Below are positions 51,811-63,732 of a DNA stretch of 64,000 nucleotides, piece after piece. Under the pieces are notes generated by a model. The model did no database searches and was not told where the DNA came from. It saw only the letters and a program-made list of their open reading frames with translations. The DNA is from Octopus sinensis. Lineage: Eukaryota. The position numbers and the translations under genes were made by a program. Location: positions 46,996,001 through 47,060,000 of the forward strand of contig NC_043013.1 in assembly GCF_006345805.1 (NCBI RefSeq), in the 5' to 3' direction. Numbering within the stretch: the stretch's first letter is position 1; every line of letters starts with the position of its first letter.

Positions 51811-52504
51811 ACACATGCATACATATATATATATATTATATATAGATATATATATATGTGTATATGTATATATATATATCCTTTTTCTTTTATTTACTTG
51901 TTTCAGTCATTTGACTGCGGCCAAGCTGGGGCACCCTCTTGAGTTATTTTTAATACTCAATTTTTAATGTTATATATATATATATATACACATACATAAA
52001 TGCACTGTGTATACGCATATATCAATTGTTACGCACACACACACAGACACATACACACACACACGCACATATTTACTGTCATATGCATTCTCCGAGTAAA
52101 TACATATTGTGTATACAGTGGTTTCTCCCTCTAAATCCTCTTCTCTCTCTCTCTATCGCCGTTCCTGGCCTTCTTCTATCTCCTCCGCACATGGCCACCC
52201 CCTCTCTGCCTATCCATCTATCTAGGCCGGCAAATGGTGAGAGATAGATGGCTACAGACGCAAAGAGAGGTTGATTTGCTCCATCTGCGTACGAGTGACG
52301 GTGCCTAGAACTCTCACTCTCCCTCTTTCATTCCATCCCTCTCTCTCTCTCTTTCATTCCCCCCCTCTCTTTCTCTTTCCCTCCCTCTATCTCTCACTCT
52401 GTTTCTTATCCCTTTATATGTATGTATACAAGTTTGTATGCATACATGTAAGTGTGTGCGCGTAAATTTGTGTAGAATGTGCGTGTCCTAAGTACACGAT
52501 ATAT

Positions 52505-52541
<37 letters not shown>

Positions 52542-52923
52542 CTATGGGCCGTGGTGGTGTGTGTTTTGTATATATAAGCGGCGCATACATTATATATGTG
52601 TGTGTTTATATACACATACATATATATACATGCATATATGTATATAGATGTCTAGCATGATATATATAAATATAAATACATCATACATACATATATGAAT
52701 CTATCTGTCTTTCTATCTATCTATATATCTATCTATCTATCTATATATATATTATATATATATATATATATATATTACAAAGAGCAATAAAGATTCAAGT
52801 TAATTTAAAAATTTACTTGAATATGGTACCTAACTTAGATGCACCAAAAAAAAACTCTATACTGATTTAACAATACAGTAATGTGGGTGATTTAAGCGAG
52901 AAAGAAGCAACAAGAATGATAGG

Positions 52924-53015
52924 TTTTAGTACGATCGTTTCATACAAGGACAGGTTTTATTAAAAGTTGCAAAGATTACAGCATATAAAACGAGTCACGT
53001 ACTCATCAGCTAAAA
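52924..53015 (-). ncRNA. Type I hammerhead ribozyme motif with canonical core (family C)
   Basis: TTTTAG CTGATGA GTAC...GTAT GAAA C GATC GTA CTAAAA. Confidence 0.7.
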
Positions 53016-53409
53016 TACATGTAAGTTCTCTAGACATCTAGGTTTGAGGCTATACTCATGAAGTAATGTAGATAATTAAACAGATTCTCAAAGTTCATTA
53101 AAGTTCTTTAAAGATGATGCATAGTCTTATCACAGAATTTTAAAAAGTGTTTGGTAGCATCACAGAGAGGTGACCTTATCCATATGAATTCCATAGATAT
53201 GATGAGGGAGGGCTTATATACTCATCATATCTATGGAAATTATATGGATAAGGTCACCTTCATGTGATGCTACCAAAACTTTTTTAAAATTCTGTGATAA
53301 GACTATGCATCATCTTTAAAGAACTTTAATGAACTTTAGAAATCGTTTAATATCTACATTACTTCATGAGTATAGCCTCAAACACTAGGATGTCTAGGAA
53401 CTTCATGTA

Positions 53410-53494
53410 TTTAGCTGATGATACGGGACTCGTTTATATGTGTAATCTTTGCAACTTTAATAAAACTGTCCTTGTATGAAACGATCGTACTAAA
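53410..53494 (+). ncRNA. Type I hammerhead ribozyme motif with canonical core (family C, mirror copy)
   Basis: TTTAG CTGATGA TACGGGAC...GTCCTTGTAT GAAA C GATC GTA CTAAA. Confidence 0.7.
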
Positions 53495-53526
53495 AACCTA
53501 TCCATTCTTGTTGCTTCTTTCTCGCT

Positions 53527-53565
<39 letters not shown>

Positions 53566-54239
53566 GTATGTAGGTATATGTACATTTCTATGTATTATTA
53601 TTATAATCAGCCATTTGTACTGTTTGCTCCATCTCATGTTAGCAACGTAAGAGGGCGTGGTCGAGTGTTCTAACAACATTCATTCTCTCATGACACAATG
53701 CTTTCTGCCCCACGCACACACACACACACACACAACACACACTCACTGAACTGAATCTGCGTTTGAGTGGCTCGATACATCTGTGTGTATTCGTTAGTGT
53801 GTGTGTGTGTATGTTTGTTGTCTAACGTCTGAGCTGTCAGCTAGACATTGTTGTATGTATTGTCTATGCGTTAGGTATGATTTGCAGAGAAGTGTATGTG
53901 CGTGTGTACCCGTGCGTGCGAGCGTGTGTGCGTGTAAGCGCAAACTCGCACGCGTGTGTGTGAGTGCGTGTGTGTGTACTGTTGTAGAGTGTGTGCATCT
54001 TTGCGTGTGTGTTCCTGTGTCAACGTCCGAGCGTGTGTCGCTCAGTGTGTGTGCGTAGGCGTGCAGGTTGATTACACGTATCTCCCAACAAGGGAGCTTG
54101 AGCTCTGACGCGGAGTCCTGATTTGCAAGAAATAGCAGCTACATTTCCTTCGATTTGCTTCTACTCTCTTTAGATAATGACACAACTGATAAATGATATG
54201 GTCTCAGCTTCCTTACGCACAGGAAGCAACCGGCACAAC

Positions 54240-54454
54240 AGTAGCAGCAGTAGCAACAACAACAACAACAACAACAACTACTACTACTGCTACTACTACT
54301 ACTACTAATACTACCACCACCACCACCACTAACACCGCCGCCGCTACTACTACTACTAATATCACCGCCACCACCAACACCACCAACACCACCACCACCA
54401 CCACCACCACCACCACCACCACCACCACCACCACCACCACACACCACCCACCAC

Positions 54455-54490
<36 letters not shown>

Positions 54491-54638
54491 ATACCTACCA
54501 CCACCACCACCACTAACACCGCCGCCGCTACTACTACTACTAATATCACCGCCACCACCAACACCACCAACCACCACACCCCAACACCACCAACACCACC
54601 ACCACCACCACCACCACCACACCACCACCACCACCACC

Positions 54639-54686
<48 letters not shown>

Positions 54687-54710
54687 GCTGCTGCTGCTAC
54701 TACTATTGCT
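54240..54710. repeat. Compound (CAA/CTA/CAC)n block with an internal ~85-bp duplication
   Basis: ACTAACACCGCCGCCGCTACTACTACTACTAATATCACCGCC occurs near 54328 and 54512. Confidence 0.9.
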
Positions 54711-55372
54711 ACTGCTGCGGCTCACCTACCTTCTTACCTACATACCTGCCTATCTATCTATCGATCTACCTGTCCTTTTGTGTTACCTAGTAAATGCATT
54801 CGGGTATGTCTGCTCTTACTTGCATGTGTGTGTGTGTGTGTGTGTTCGTGCGCGGATGACTGCGATTGTCTGTGCGTGTGTATGTGTATGTGTATGTGCG
54901 TGTGTGTGTGTGCGTGTGTGTGTGTACAATATGTTATGTGTTTACATGTTGCGTGTTGGTCTGTTGTGGCCTAGTCTACACTCATATCTCTTAGCTACTC
55001 TACTCTACTCTATATTCATTAATTACTTACATTAATTACTTGTGTGTGGTTGTTGTTGTTGTTATTGTTTAATCTTAGGCAGCTTGGATTGAGAAGACCT
55101 GACCGACAGCAGTCGAGCCTGGTCACTCCATCTTTGCACACGTTGTCCAGTGGGCCTCCTTTGTGCATTTAGGTCATTATATTTTGAGGGCGATCGGACT
55201 GCTACTTCTCATAAGTGGAGTTACCACAAAGAAGTTCCCGTGTTGGATCTATTGTCTAGAAGTGTGTTCGTGCGTGTGTGCGTGTGTACCCTCGCGCACA
55301 TACGCAGTCACACACACGCACACATATACAGACACACAAGCACAGTATATTTCTAGCGTACTGTTCTACTAA

Positions 55373-55435
<63 letters not shown>

Positions 55436-55509
55436 CATATACATACATACATGCATACATGCATACATACATATATATATATATATATACATACCCACAC
55501 ACACACACA

Positions 55510-55555
<46 letters not shown>

Positions 55556-55654
55556 ACATATATAATATATATAAATACATACACACATATTTATATATGT
55601 GTATGTGTATGCAATACATTTATATATATATATATATTCTTTTCTTGTTTTCTC

Positions 55655-55830
55655 CTTTTACATGTTTCAGTTATTTGATTACGGCCATCCTGGAGCTCCG
55701 CCTTTAGTCGAACAAATCAACACTAGGACTTATTCTTTGCAAGCCTAGAACTTATTCTGTAGGGGGTTTCTTTTGGCGAACCGCTACGTTACGGGGACGT
55801 AAACACAGACACATACACATAATACATACA
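55655..55830 (-). mobile_element. SINE family 2 tail
   Basis: GTTTCAGTTATTTGATTACGGCCATCC...GAACCGCTACGTTACGGGGACGTAAACAC. Confidence 0.75.
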
Positions 55831-55876
55831 AATACATACGTACATACATACATATATACTTATATGTATATGTATT

Positions 55877-55908
<32 letters not shown>

Positions 55909-56093
55909 ATCCGTTAATCGTTAATTAACGGAAGTTAACTTTGAAAATCTTTATCAGACTAATTAAGCTCCGTTATATTTAACTTCCGTTAACTCAAGTG
56001 AGTTAACCCAAAAGTTTTATAAAAACCGGTAAACGTTTAAAAGTTTCTATTGTTTTCTGATTGTGTCACCATATTTAATAGTGCACGCCTTAA

Positions 56094-56750
56094 GGCGGCG
56101 AGCTGGCAGAAACGTTAGCACGCCGAGCGAAATGCTTAGCGGTATTTCGTCCACCACTGCGTTCTGAGTTCAAATTCCGCCGAGGTCGACTTTGCCTTTC
56201 ATCCTTTCGGGGTCGATAAATTAAGTACCAGTTACGCACTGGGGTCGATATAATCGACTTAATCCCTTTGTCTGTCCTTGTTTGTCCCCTCTGTGTTTAG
56301 CCCCTTGTGAGCAATAAAGAAATAGGTATTTCTCCTTCCTGTCTTAACCTTCTGAGTTCAAATTCCGCCGAGGTCGACTTTGCCTTTCATCTCTTTTGGG
56401 GTCGATAAATTAAGTACCAGTTACGCACTGGGGTCGATGTAATCGACCTAACCCATTTGTCTGTCCTTGTTTGTCTCCTCTATGTTTAGCCCCTTGTGGG
56501 CAATAAAGAAATAAGAAACGTTAACACGCCGGGTGAAGTGCGTAGCCGTATTTTGCCTGCCGTTACCATTCCGGGCAAGATGTTCGGCGATATTTCGTCT
56601 CCCTTTGTGATTTGAGGTCAAATTCCGCTGTAGTCGACTTTACCTTTCTTCCTTTCCATGAATTAAGTGCCAGTTGCGTACTGGAGATCGATCTATTCGA
56701 CTGGCATTCTCCCACAAAATCTCGGACCTTTTACCTAGAGTAAAAAAACA
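56094..56750 (+). mobile_element. SINE family 1 multimer followed by an old related copy
   Basis: Monomer junctions at 56324/56325 (GAAATA|GGTATT) and 56513/56514 (GAAATA|AGAAACG). Confidence 0.85.
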
Positions 56751-57721
56751 TTGTAGACGTCATTTTTGGGTGTTTTTTTTTCTTTTCTTGCAGATAACTC
56801 GGCCTCACTCGGTTGGGATTACACGTGTGTTATTTTGACGTCAGCATTCCATAAAATTTGTTTATGGGAGAAAAATATAGAAACATATCAATAGATGTGT
56901 GAGTGAGAAAGAAACGAAGAGGGTTGTTTTGGGATGTGCTAGAAACAACAGCCAGATCTCCCTTAAATCACAAATTTTCCTCTGAAATTATTAACAATTT
57001 TTTTGATTTGCAATATTACCCAGAAACGAAAAAAATAATGCAACGGGTGTAAAAAGGATATGTATGAATCGATTATGAAAACCAAAAATGCGCGCAAGGC
57101 AACGGGGTGGGAGATTCACAAGATCCGAGTTTTTCCCTCGTAACTTTTAGGAAAATGGGATTTTTTAAATGAAATTTTGTATAAATATCTCTCAAACGGC
57201 ATAGATTACAATTATAAAGAAATTCGTGGGGAAAATATTTTCTGAAAGGGAGAGGAAAGGACTTTCAGAAAATTCACAAGATCTGATTTTTTCCCTCGTA
57301 ACTTTGAGGAAAATGGATATCTTTAAATGAAATTTTATCCAAATACCTTTCAAAAGACATACCTTTCTATTCACACTTAAAATACTGAACGTTTATGGGG
57401 AAGCCTGAAAAAGTGTATTGTCCGACCTGAAATGAGACCTAGCTACTTGATAAAAGAACATATTACCATTTGCAAATTCTTAGATATTTATCAGTTTCTC
57501 CACATGCAATTTCGCAGTCCTTTAAGTCTGCTACTGTCACTGCCGTTGTCACTAACCAACACTAACACCACCACATTCTTACTAAAGCACCGTGGCCACC
57601 ACTGTCATCACCACCATCACAACCACTACTGCATAGAAAGTGTCTGTGTTCAGTCAATGGTGCTGCAACAAAAGAGCAGTCACATACCCTCAAAACATGT
57701 CCTACGCCCTTTGTTTTTTTA

Positions 57722-57913
57722 GAAGAGTGGCTGTGTGGTACATAGCTTGCTTATGAACCACATGGTTCCGCATTCAATTCCACTGCGTGGCACCTTGGGC
57801 AAGTGTCTTCTACAATAGCCTCAGACCGACCAAAGCCTTGTGAGTGGATTTGGCAGACGAAAACTGAAAGAAGCCCGTCGTATATATGTATACCTACATA
57901 CATACATACATAA

Positions 57914-57965
<52 letters not shown>

Positions 57966-58022
57966 GTGTACGTTTGTGTCTGTTTTTGTCCCCCCAACAT
58001 CGCTTGACAACCGATGCTGGTG
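57722..58022 (+). mobile_element. SINE family 2, 3'-truncated
   Basis: GAGTGGCTGTGTGGT...CACCTTGGGCAAGTGTCTT...GCTTGACAACCGATGCTGGTG. Confidence 0.85.
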
Positions 58023-58099
58023 CAATTTGATTGCAATTTACTGTTTTTAATTATCATTTATTTGCTTATATTTGTAACATTCAGCACTGATTTGTTGAA

Positions 58100-58275
58100 A
58101 CAGGAATATCTCATAGCAAATATTCTGCCCAGTACCCCAGATTTGCTTGTTAGTTGCTTGACCATAGCCACTTGAGCACATCCCTTATTGGCTGATTATA
58201 TGTGCATCTCGTGTAGGAGTAGTGAGGGAGCATCGTAGCCCGATGTTGAGCAGGGTGCTTTGGAATTTGAATAAA
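58100..58275 (-). mobile_element. Old partial copy of the 550-bp element
   Basis: AGCAAATATTCTGC...GATTTGCTTG...CCCTTA.TGGCTGA...GAGCATC. Confidence 0.65.
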
Positions 58276-59281
58276 TGTAACAAAGCAAAGTTTGAAGGAA
58301 ATATTAGGCCTTCTTTCAAATTTTCTAGAAATAATAGTTGCTACTCAAGGATAAAAATCGTGTGCTACAGTGTTATGCTATGGTAGGACTAGGAACAGCA
58401 GTGTAAATTGTTTAGAGGGGTAAATCCTAAAACTGGCTCATCCGTTCTTTCTTACATTTTGAGAAAATAAACTGATTTATTGCAAGGAACGGGAAGTGTT
58501 TTAATAGCAATGCATCGGATTCGAACATGTCTCCAAAGATTGTCAATACTGTGATTATTCTTTACTGAAATTGAAAGCAAGTTGCAACTTCTATCGATCG
58601 AGAATTAAATTTCGGATTAGCTGTAGGAAGGGTATAAGGATATGTCTAGTTTAATCATTAATCAAGGAAAAGTCTAGTTTAATCACCAAGCTAGGAATAT
58701 TTAGAAATAAACACAATGATTACAACGGATTGATTAGTAATTATATCATTGTTTAAGTGCTTCTGCTATGGTTAGCATGCTAAACTTTAGTGTAAGAGGG
58801 GTGTGAAGAGGTATAGAAATTATATAGGCCCTAATGTGAATTAGCATGATCCAATAGGTTATTATGTAATTCTTTTATGCTGGTACTACTTTCCGCTCCA
58901 TTCTACAGAGAAGGCATCATTGTTTAGCATGCATTGATGTTTAATTGAGTTTTCACGTTTAATTCGTCTGTCACATAACCTCCTACGGGTTTCTTTGCAC
59001 TGCGCTTCGGAAAGAGCCAGTTTGATGGTGTGCCGATGTACAACAACATGCGTGATAGATATGCGAACATATACATACATGCGAATCGAACGGCACGCAC
59101 ATATACCCGTCCGCGAATTCAAACATATAAGACATGTATGTAAGTAGGTACGTATGTATGTATGAATAACATAAAATATATGTAGACACACACACTCAGA
59201 CACGCATACACACACACACAGGCAAACACACTCTCATACGCACACACGCAAACACTCACACTCACACGCACATATATATAC

Positions 59282-59315
<34 letters not shown>

Positions 59316-59364
59316 TACTTGCACTCACACACACACACACACGCATATATATATACATACATAC

Positions 59365-59426
<62 letters not shown>

Positions 59427-59511
59427 GGATGGATAGATAGATAGAAAAATAAATAGATAGATAGATAGATAGCTAGATAGATAGCTAGATAGATAGATAG
59501 ATAGACAGATG

Positions 59512-59593
<82 letters not shown>

Positions 59594-60330
59594 CAGATAG
59601 ATAGATAGATGATAGACATGTATGTGAATGCACTTCTGTCAATGTATGATAATGGTTTTTGTCAGTTGTGTTAACTTAGAAATGTGAAGTTAAGTCTACA
59701 GACAACGCTTTAGAATAAACTTATACTTCAGTGGGTATCGCTATGCCTTGTCTGTTAAGCATATCCCACTCTTAATAGATACTTTTGTTATGAATATCTG
59801 ATCAAACTAGCCTTTACAGTCTTAATTACGTGGATTTACTTGGTTAAAATAGCATTTTACATTGCCAACATGGGTATAACGGGAAATAACTGCGCTATAT
59901 AAATTTTCAAAAAGTAATGGCGGTAGTTGTATTTCTGTGGTACGAAAAAGGGAATTAAATATTTCCACTGTTTGAAAATCAGGGAAAGTCACAAATGAAT
60001 TGATAAATTTTAGGAACAAATATTAATTAGAAAATTAAGTAAGATTGCCTTAAAATCCTTCACATTTACTTACTAGAACTTTAAAAACTTACTAGTTATA
60101 GGTAATCTCTTGCACATACTAATATTTACTCATTAAAAATGGGGTTTAGATAATTCCTGACATATTCAATAACATGTATGACCACTGTAGATGTAAATAA
60201 AAAGCTTGGCAAAAGAATAATTGGTTAATTAACACTACTGTTTTGCCTAGTAAGTAAGGGAAACAGCATGGTGAGTCTATATCTTATTAAGATTAATCTC
60301 AATGTTTTACCTGTTAAAATCGTCTTAAAA

Positions 60331-60710
60331 AAGGCAGTAGAGTAAAATGCGTAGCTGTATTTCGTCTGCCGTTACGTTCTGGCTTCAATTTCCGCTGAGG
60401 TCGACTTTGCCATTCATCTCTTTCGGGATCGATAAAATAAGTAACAGTTACGCATTGGGGTCGATATAATCGACTTAATCCGTTTGTCTGTCCTTGTTTG
60501 TCCTCTCTGTGTTTAGCCCCTTGTGGGTAGTAAAGAAATAAACATTTCGTCTGTCATTACGTTCTGACTTCCGCTGAGGTCGACTTTGCCATTCATCTCT
60601 TTCGGGGTCGATTAAATAAGTACCAGTAGAGCAATGGAGTCGATGTTATCGACTTATCTATTTCTTCATAATTGCTGGCCTTGTACTAAAATTTGAAACT
60701 TATATCTTCT
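60331..60710 (+). mobile_element. SINE family 1 tandem pair
   Basis: First monomer ends GTAGTAAAGAAATA at 60540; second begins at AACATTTCGTCTG. Confidence 0.8.
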
Positions 60711-61937
60711 AAGAAGCTACCTTATTTATTTCTAATAACCACCTTTAATTTATAGGCCTTCAGTGGAAGATCGAATTTGTTTCAATGAAGTGTTTTCAAA
60801 ATAATCAATGACATTTTAATTAACTGCGTGAAAGGAAAATGCTTCGCCCATCAGCTACAGATGACTATAGAATTCTTGCTGTATGATTCTTCATAGATTT
60901 CCTACAGTAATCGTAAGCAAACTTATATTACATAGTTCAACAGTAGCAAAACCAAGGACGGTGCCCATTTCTTCCATATATTACAGCTTTGAAACCAGCG
61001 CATTTTTTGTGCTTAGTATATTCCTGTCTTTTTTAGTTCGCATCCTACTAGATTAGAGTTTGCCTTTAGTCACTGCGACATCGCTCACAATGTACAAATG
61101 ACATATTTGAGTAACGATATTCACCAAACATCGGTTTTCGCATAAACTATTCCAATCATGACAATTTAACAAAAGATCACAGATTTAACTGAAGGCCGGG
61201 TCCATATAATTCATCTCAGGGAAGGATAAACGGTAATATGATCTCGGTTGAATTCGAACTCTGAATGTAAAGAGTTGTGACTATCATTGAGAACATGATC
61301 ATAAATCTAACGATTTTGCCAATCATCCGTCGCCTGGGATTTCTAAATTGAAATTCCGCTAATGTCTTTATTAGTTAACTCCATGTTGGTCTTCATAAAG
61401 TCGATTCCTGATCAAAAGTGGATTAATTATAATCCAATAGTGGATTAATCATAGCCATACTCATCCAATGTTTTTGTATACTTACTATTAAACCGGGTGA
61501 CGCTTTATCAATTGTTAAGAATAAATGGTAAAATGTGATTTAAGGGCAGTTTAACTGCTATTTTTAACAAGTGAATTATTGCATAGAGATTTCCTTGTTA
61601 GCTCGAAAATCATATCGATGTCACTGTAGCTTAGCCCCCAATTAAGTTCCCAGGAAGTAGACATATGAAGAAGGTCAATCAAGCCATGGCCATTCCATCT
61701 GCTATCAGCAATACTGTATCTTGGGCTATATCATATTTTGATTTTGTAGAAGATAGACTAGGAATGCAAGGAGATTAAGCTGCTATTTCTAGCAACTCGA
61801 ATGACTGCATAAATGCTCTTTCGCTGGTTTGTTAAAGAAACCATTTATTAATATGTTCATCACGTTTATGTATGTTTCCTTTCTGTTTTTAATCATTTAA
61901 ATTCTTCCTCATTGGAATGTAGATAACGAAAACAATG

Positions 61938-62566
61938 TCACATTTTAAACCTGAGGAAATTCTTGCATAATTTTACCGTTCCGCTTACTGATTGTAATTG
62001 TAATGGGCGAGTCAGTTGGCTGATTTCTTTTTCTGAAAACCCTAGCTTATCCAAACCGACAGTTAAACATTTACTTATAAAACCAAGTTCTCCAATTATT
62101 ATTGGTATAAAAGTAAATTTGCAATCCTGATATAGGTGGAGGTTTCCAAGCAGTTGCCATAATTATCTTTTTTCTCTTTGATTTTCAAAGAGATATTCAT
62201 ATCAGCAGGACAGCTGACCTCTATAACGGCACACACTTTTTCTGGTCTGTTTCAAGCAACAATATCCTGCCTGTTATACTTACACTTGACAAAGGTTTTG
62301 ATGAGAATGTTCCACCAGTATTCCCTGTGCTGATATTTATGTACGTATTCAATAACAGGAGTATTCTCTAAATTTATTCCAGAACAGTTTTGTTTCCCCG
62401 GATGGCATTGCATATTGTTTTTGCGGCAACGTCGAATAAGGAGATAGTACTTTGATGATAGTTTTGGACAACTGCTAATCACGTGTGATGTCTTCCACAG
62501 AAATATGACATAATCTACATTCTCAGTCGCATCTTGGAACTGCATATATGAGGCTGATAACATCAT
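61938..62566 (-). mobile_element. RLE-type LINE 3' fragment (zinc knuckle remnant + endonuclease)
   Basis: SHVISSCPKLSSKYYL, WWNILIK...NRQDIV, VIEVSCPADMNI, FIPIIIGELG and LQLQSVSGTVKLCKNFL. Confidence 0.8.
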
Positions 62567-62589
62567 TATACTTGGAAGGCAGTTCCTTG

Positions 62590-63000
62590 AGCATCATTCC
62601 TTGTCCGATAACATAGAATACATGCCCAAAGAAGTAGTAATTAGCTGCCTAGCGGATGTTAACATAAAGCTGAAGATCAGTGAAAAAGAGAACACCAATG
62701 CTGAACTTTTAAGAAATCTGCAGTTACTCTATCCAGATTACAAGTTCAGGTTTATACCTGTAATTATGGGGGCCCTGGGATATGTAACACACTGCCTAAA
62801 TACCAATCTATAAAAATTAGGCTGCTCAAGGCCAGAAAGGAGTAAACTAATTCGAAGACTACAAATCCAATCCATCACTGAAACTGTAAAAATCTGTAAA
62901 ACTTACCAGAGTTTGTCATTTGAATATATATATGCATATCTTGACATGCAACTATACGCATGAGAATACATACGTAAAACAAAACATACAAATCTGAACA
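62590..63000 (+). mobile_element. RLE-type LINE 3' fragment, related subfamily, opposite orientation
   Basis: VISCLADVNIKLKISEKENTNAELLRNLQLLYPDYKFRFIPVIMGALG...LQIQSITETVKICK; 3' UTR runs into (TACA)n. Confidence 0.8.
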
Positions 63001-63035
63001 TCTACATACATACATACATACATACATACATACAT

Positions 63036-63068
<33 letters not shown>

Positions 63069-63272
63069 ATACTCTGTTGTTGGTGTTGAAATTCCAATGA
63101 AAGAACATTGTATCTAGGTTAGAAACCGGCTCTTTTTCTATTGGCAAGAAATCGTGAAAAAAAGCTGAACAATGATACATACATACGTACATACGTACAT
63201 ACATATGAATGTACGTATGCATGCATGTACGTATATACATACACGTGCGTATGTGAGTGTATACATACGTAT

Positions 63273-63311
<39 letters not shown>

Positions 63312-63315
<4 letters not shown>

Positions 63316-63519
63316 CAAAAGGGACATTAGCCATTTGAATGTGGCTAGGGACAGGGCAGGGCGGTGGGGGGGGGTGTTACTGTTGCATTTAGCCCCAGGC
63401 GAACATCAACGTCACCAGAAAGGCTTGATGTTCGCCTGGGGCTAAATGCAACAGTAACACCCCCCACCGCCCTGCCCTGTCCCTAGCCACATTCAAATGG
63501 CTAATGTCCCTTTTGTTAT
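63312..63519. repeat. Near-perfect GC-rich palindrome (98/95-bp arms, 15-nt spacer)
   Basis: Arms 63312-63409 and 63425-63519 differ only in a G9 versus C6 homopolymer run. Confidence 0.95.
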
Positions 63520-63646
63520 GGAGCAGTTACTGTCTATATCTCGTTTAGAGAATTATTATTGCTATATATATATATATATATGTAATGTTGGCAAATGAAA
63601 TAAGTATAAGAATGTGCATTGTCCGTTTAATTGAAAAATTCTATAT

Positions 63647-63732
63647 GTTGCTGAAGATTGTTCGACATTTTAAAACTGATGTAATACTTACAGGGTTTAA
63701 TAAAATGAATCAGCATGAAACAATTGTACTAC
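63647..63732 (+). ncRNA. Type I hammerhead ribozyme motif with canonical core (family C, divergent subfamily)
   Basis: GTTG CTGAAGA TTGTT...CAGCAT GAAA C AATT GTA CTAC; helix I has one mismatch; the downstream tail ACC..GGATATC..TGTTG.TTATTTTGAT is shared with the 41347 copy. Confidence 0.65.

Larger units (their letters stand above)
52775..53528. mobile_element. Family C element as a ~635-bp palindrome (arms 52893-53206 and 53221-53528) with a one-sided extension
   Basis: 14-nt spacer GGAGGGCTTATATA; (TA)n on both sides; hammerhead motif in each arm. Confidence 0.85.

Noticed and set aside
55150-55356. ORF with a transmembrane-like stretch (AIGLLLLISGV)
   Set aside because: No convincing splice sites or recognisable homology; runs into microsatellite.
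61938-63000. Twin-priming 5' inversion of one LINE
   Set aside because: The minus-strand piece runs to its own stop codon and overlaps the plus piece in protein coordinates with many differences, so these are two separate copies.
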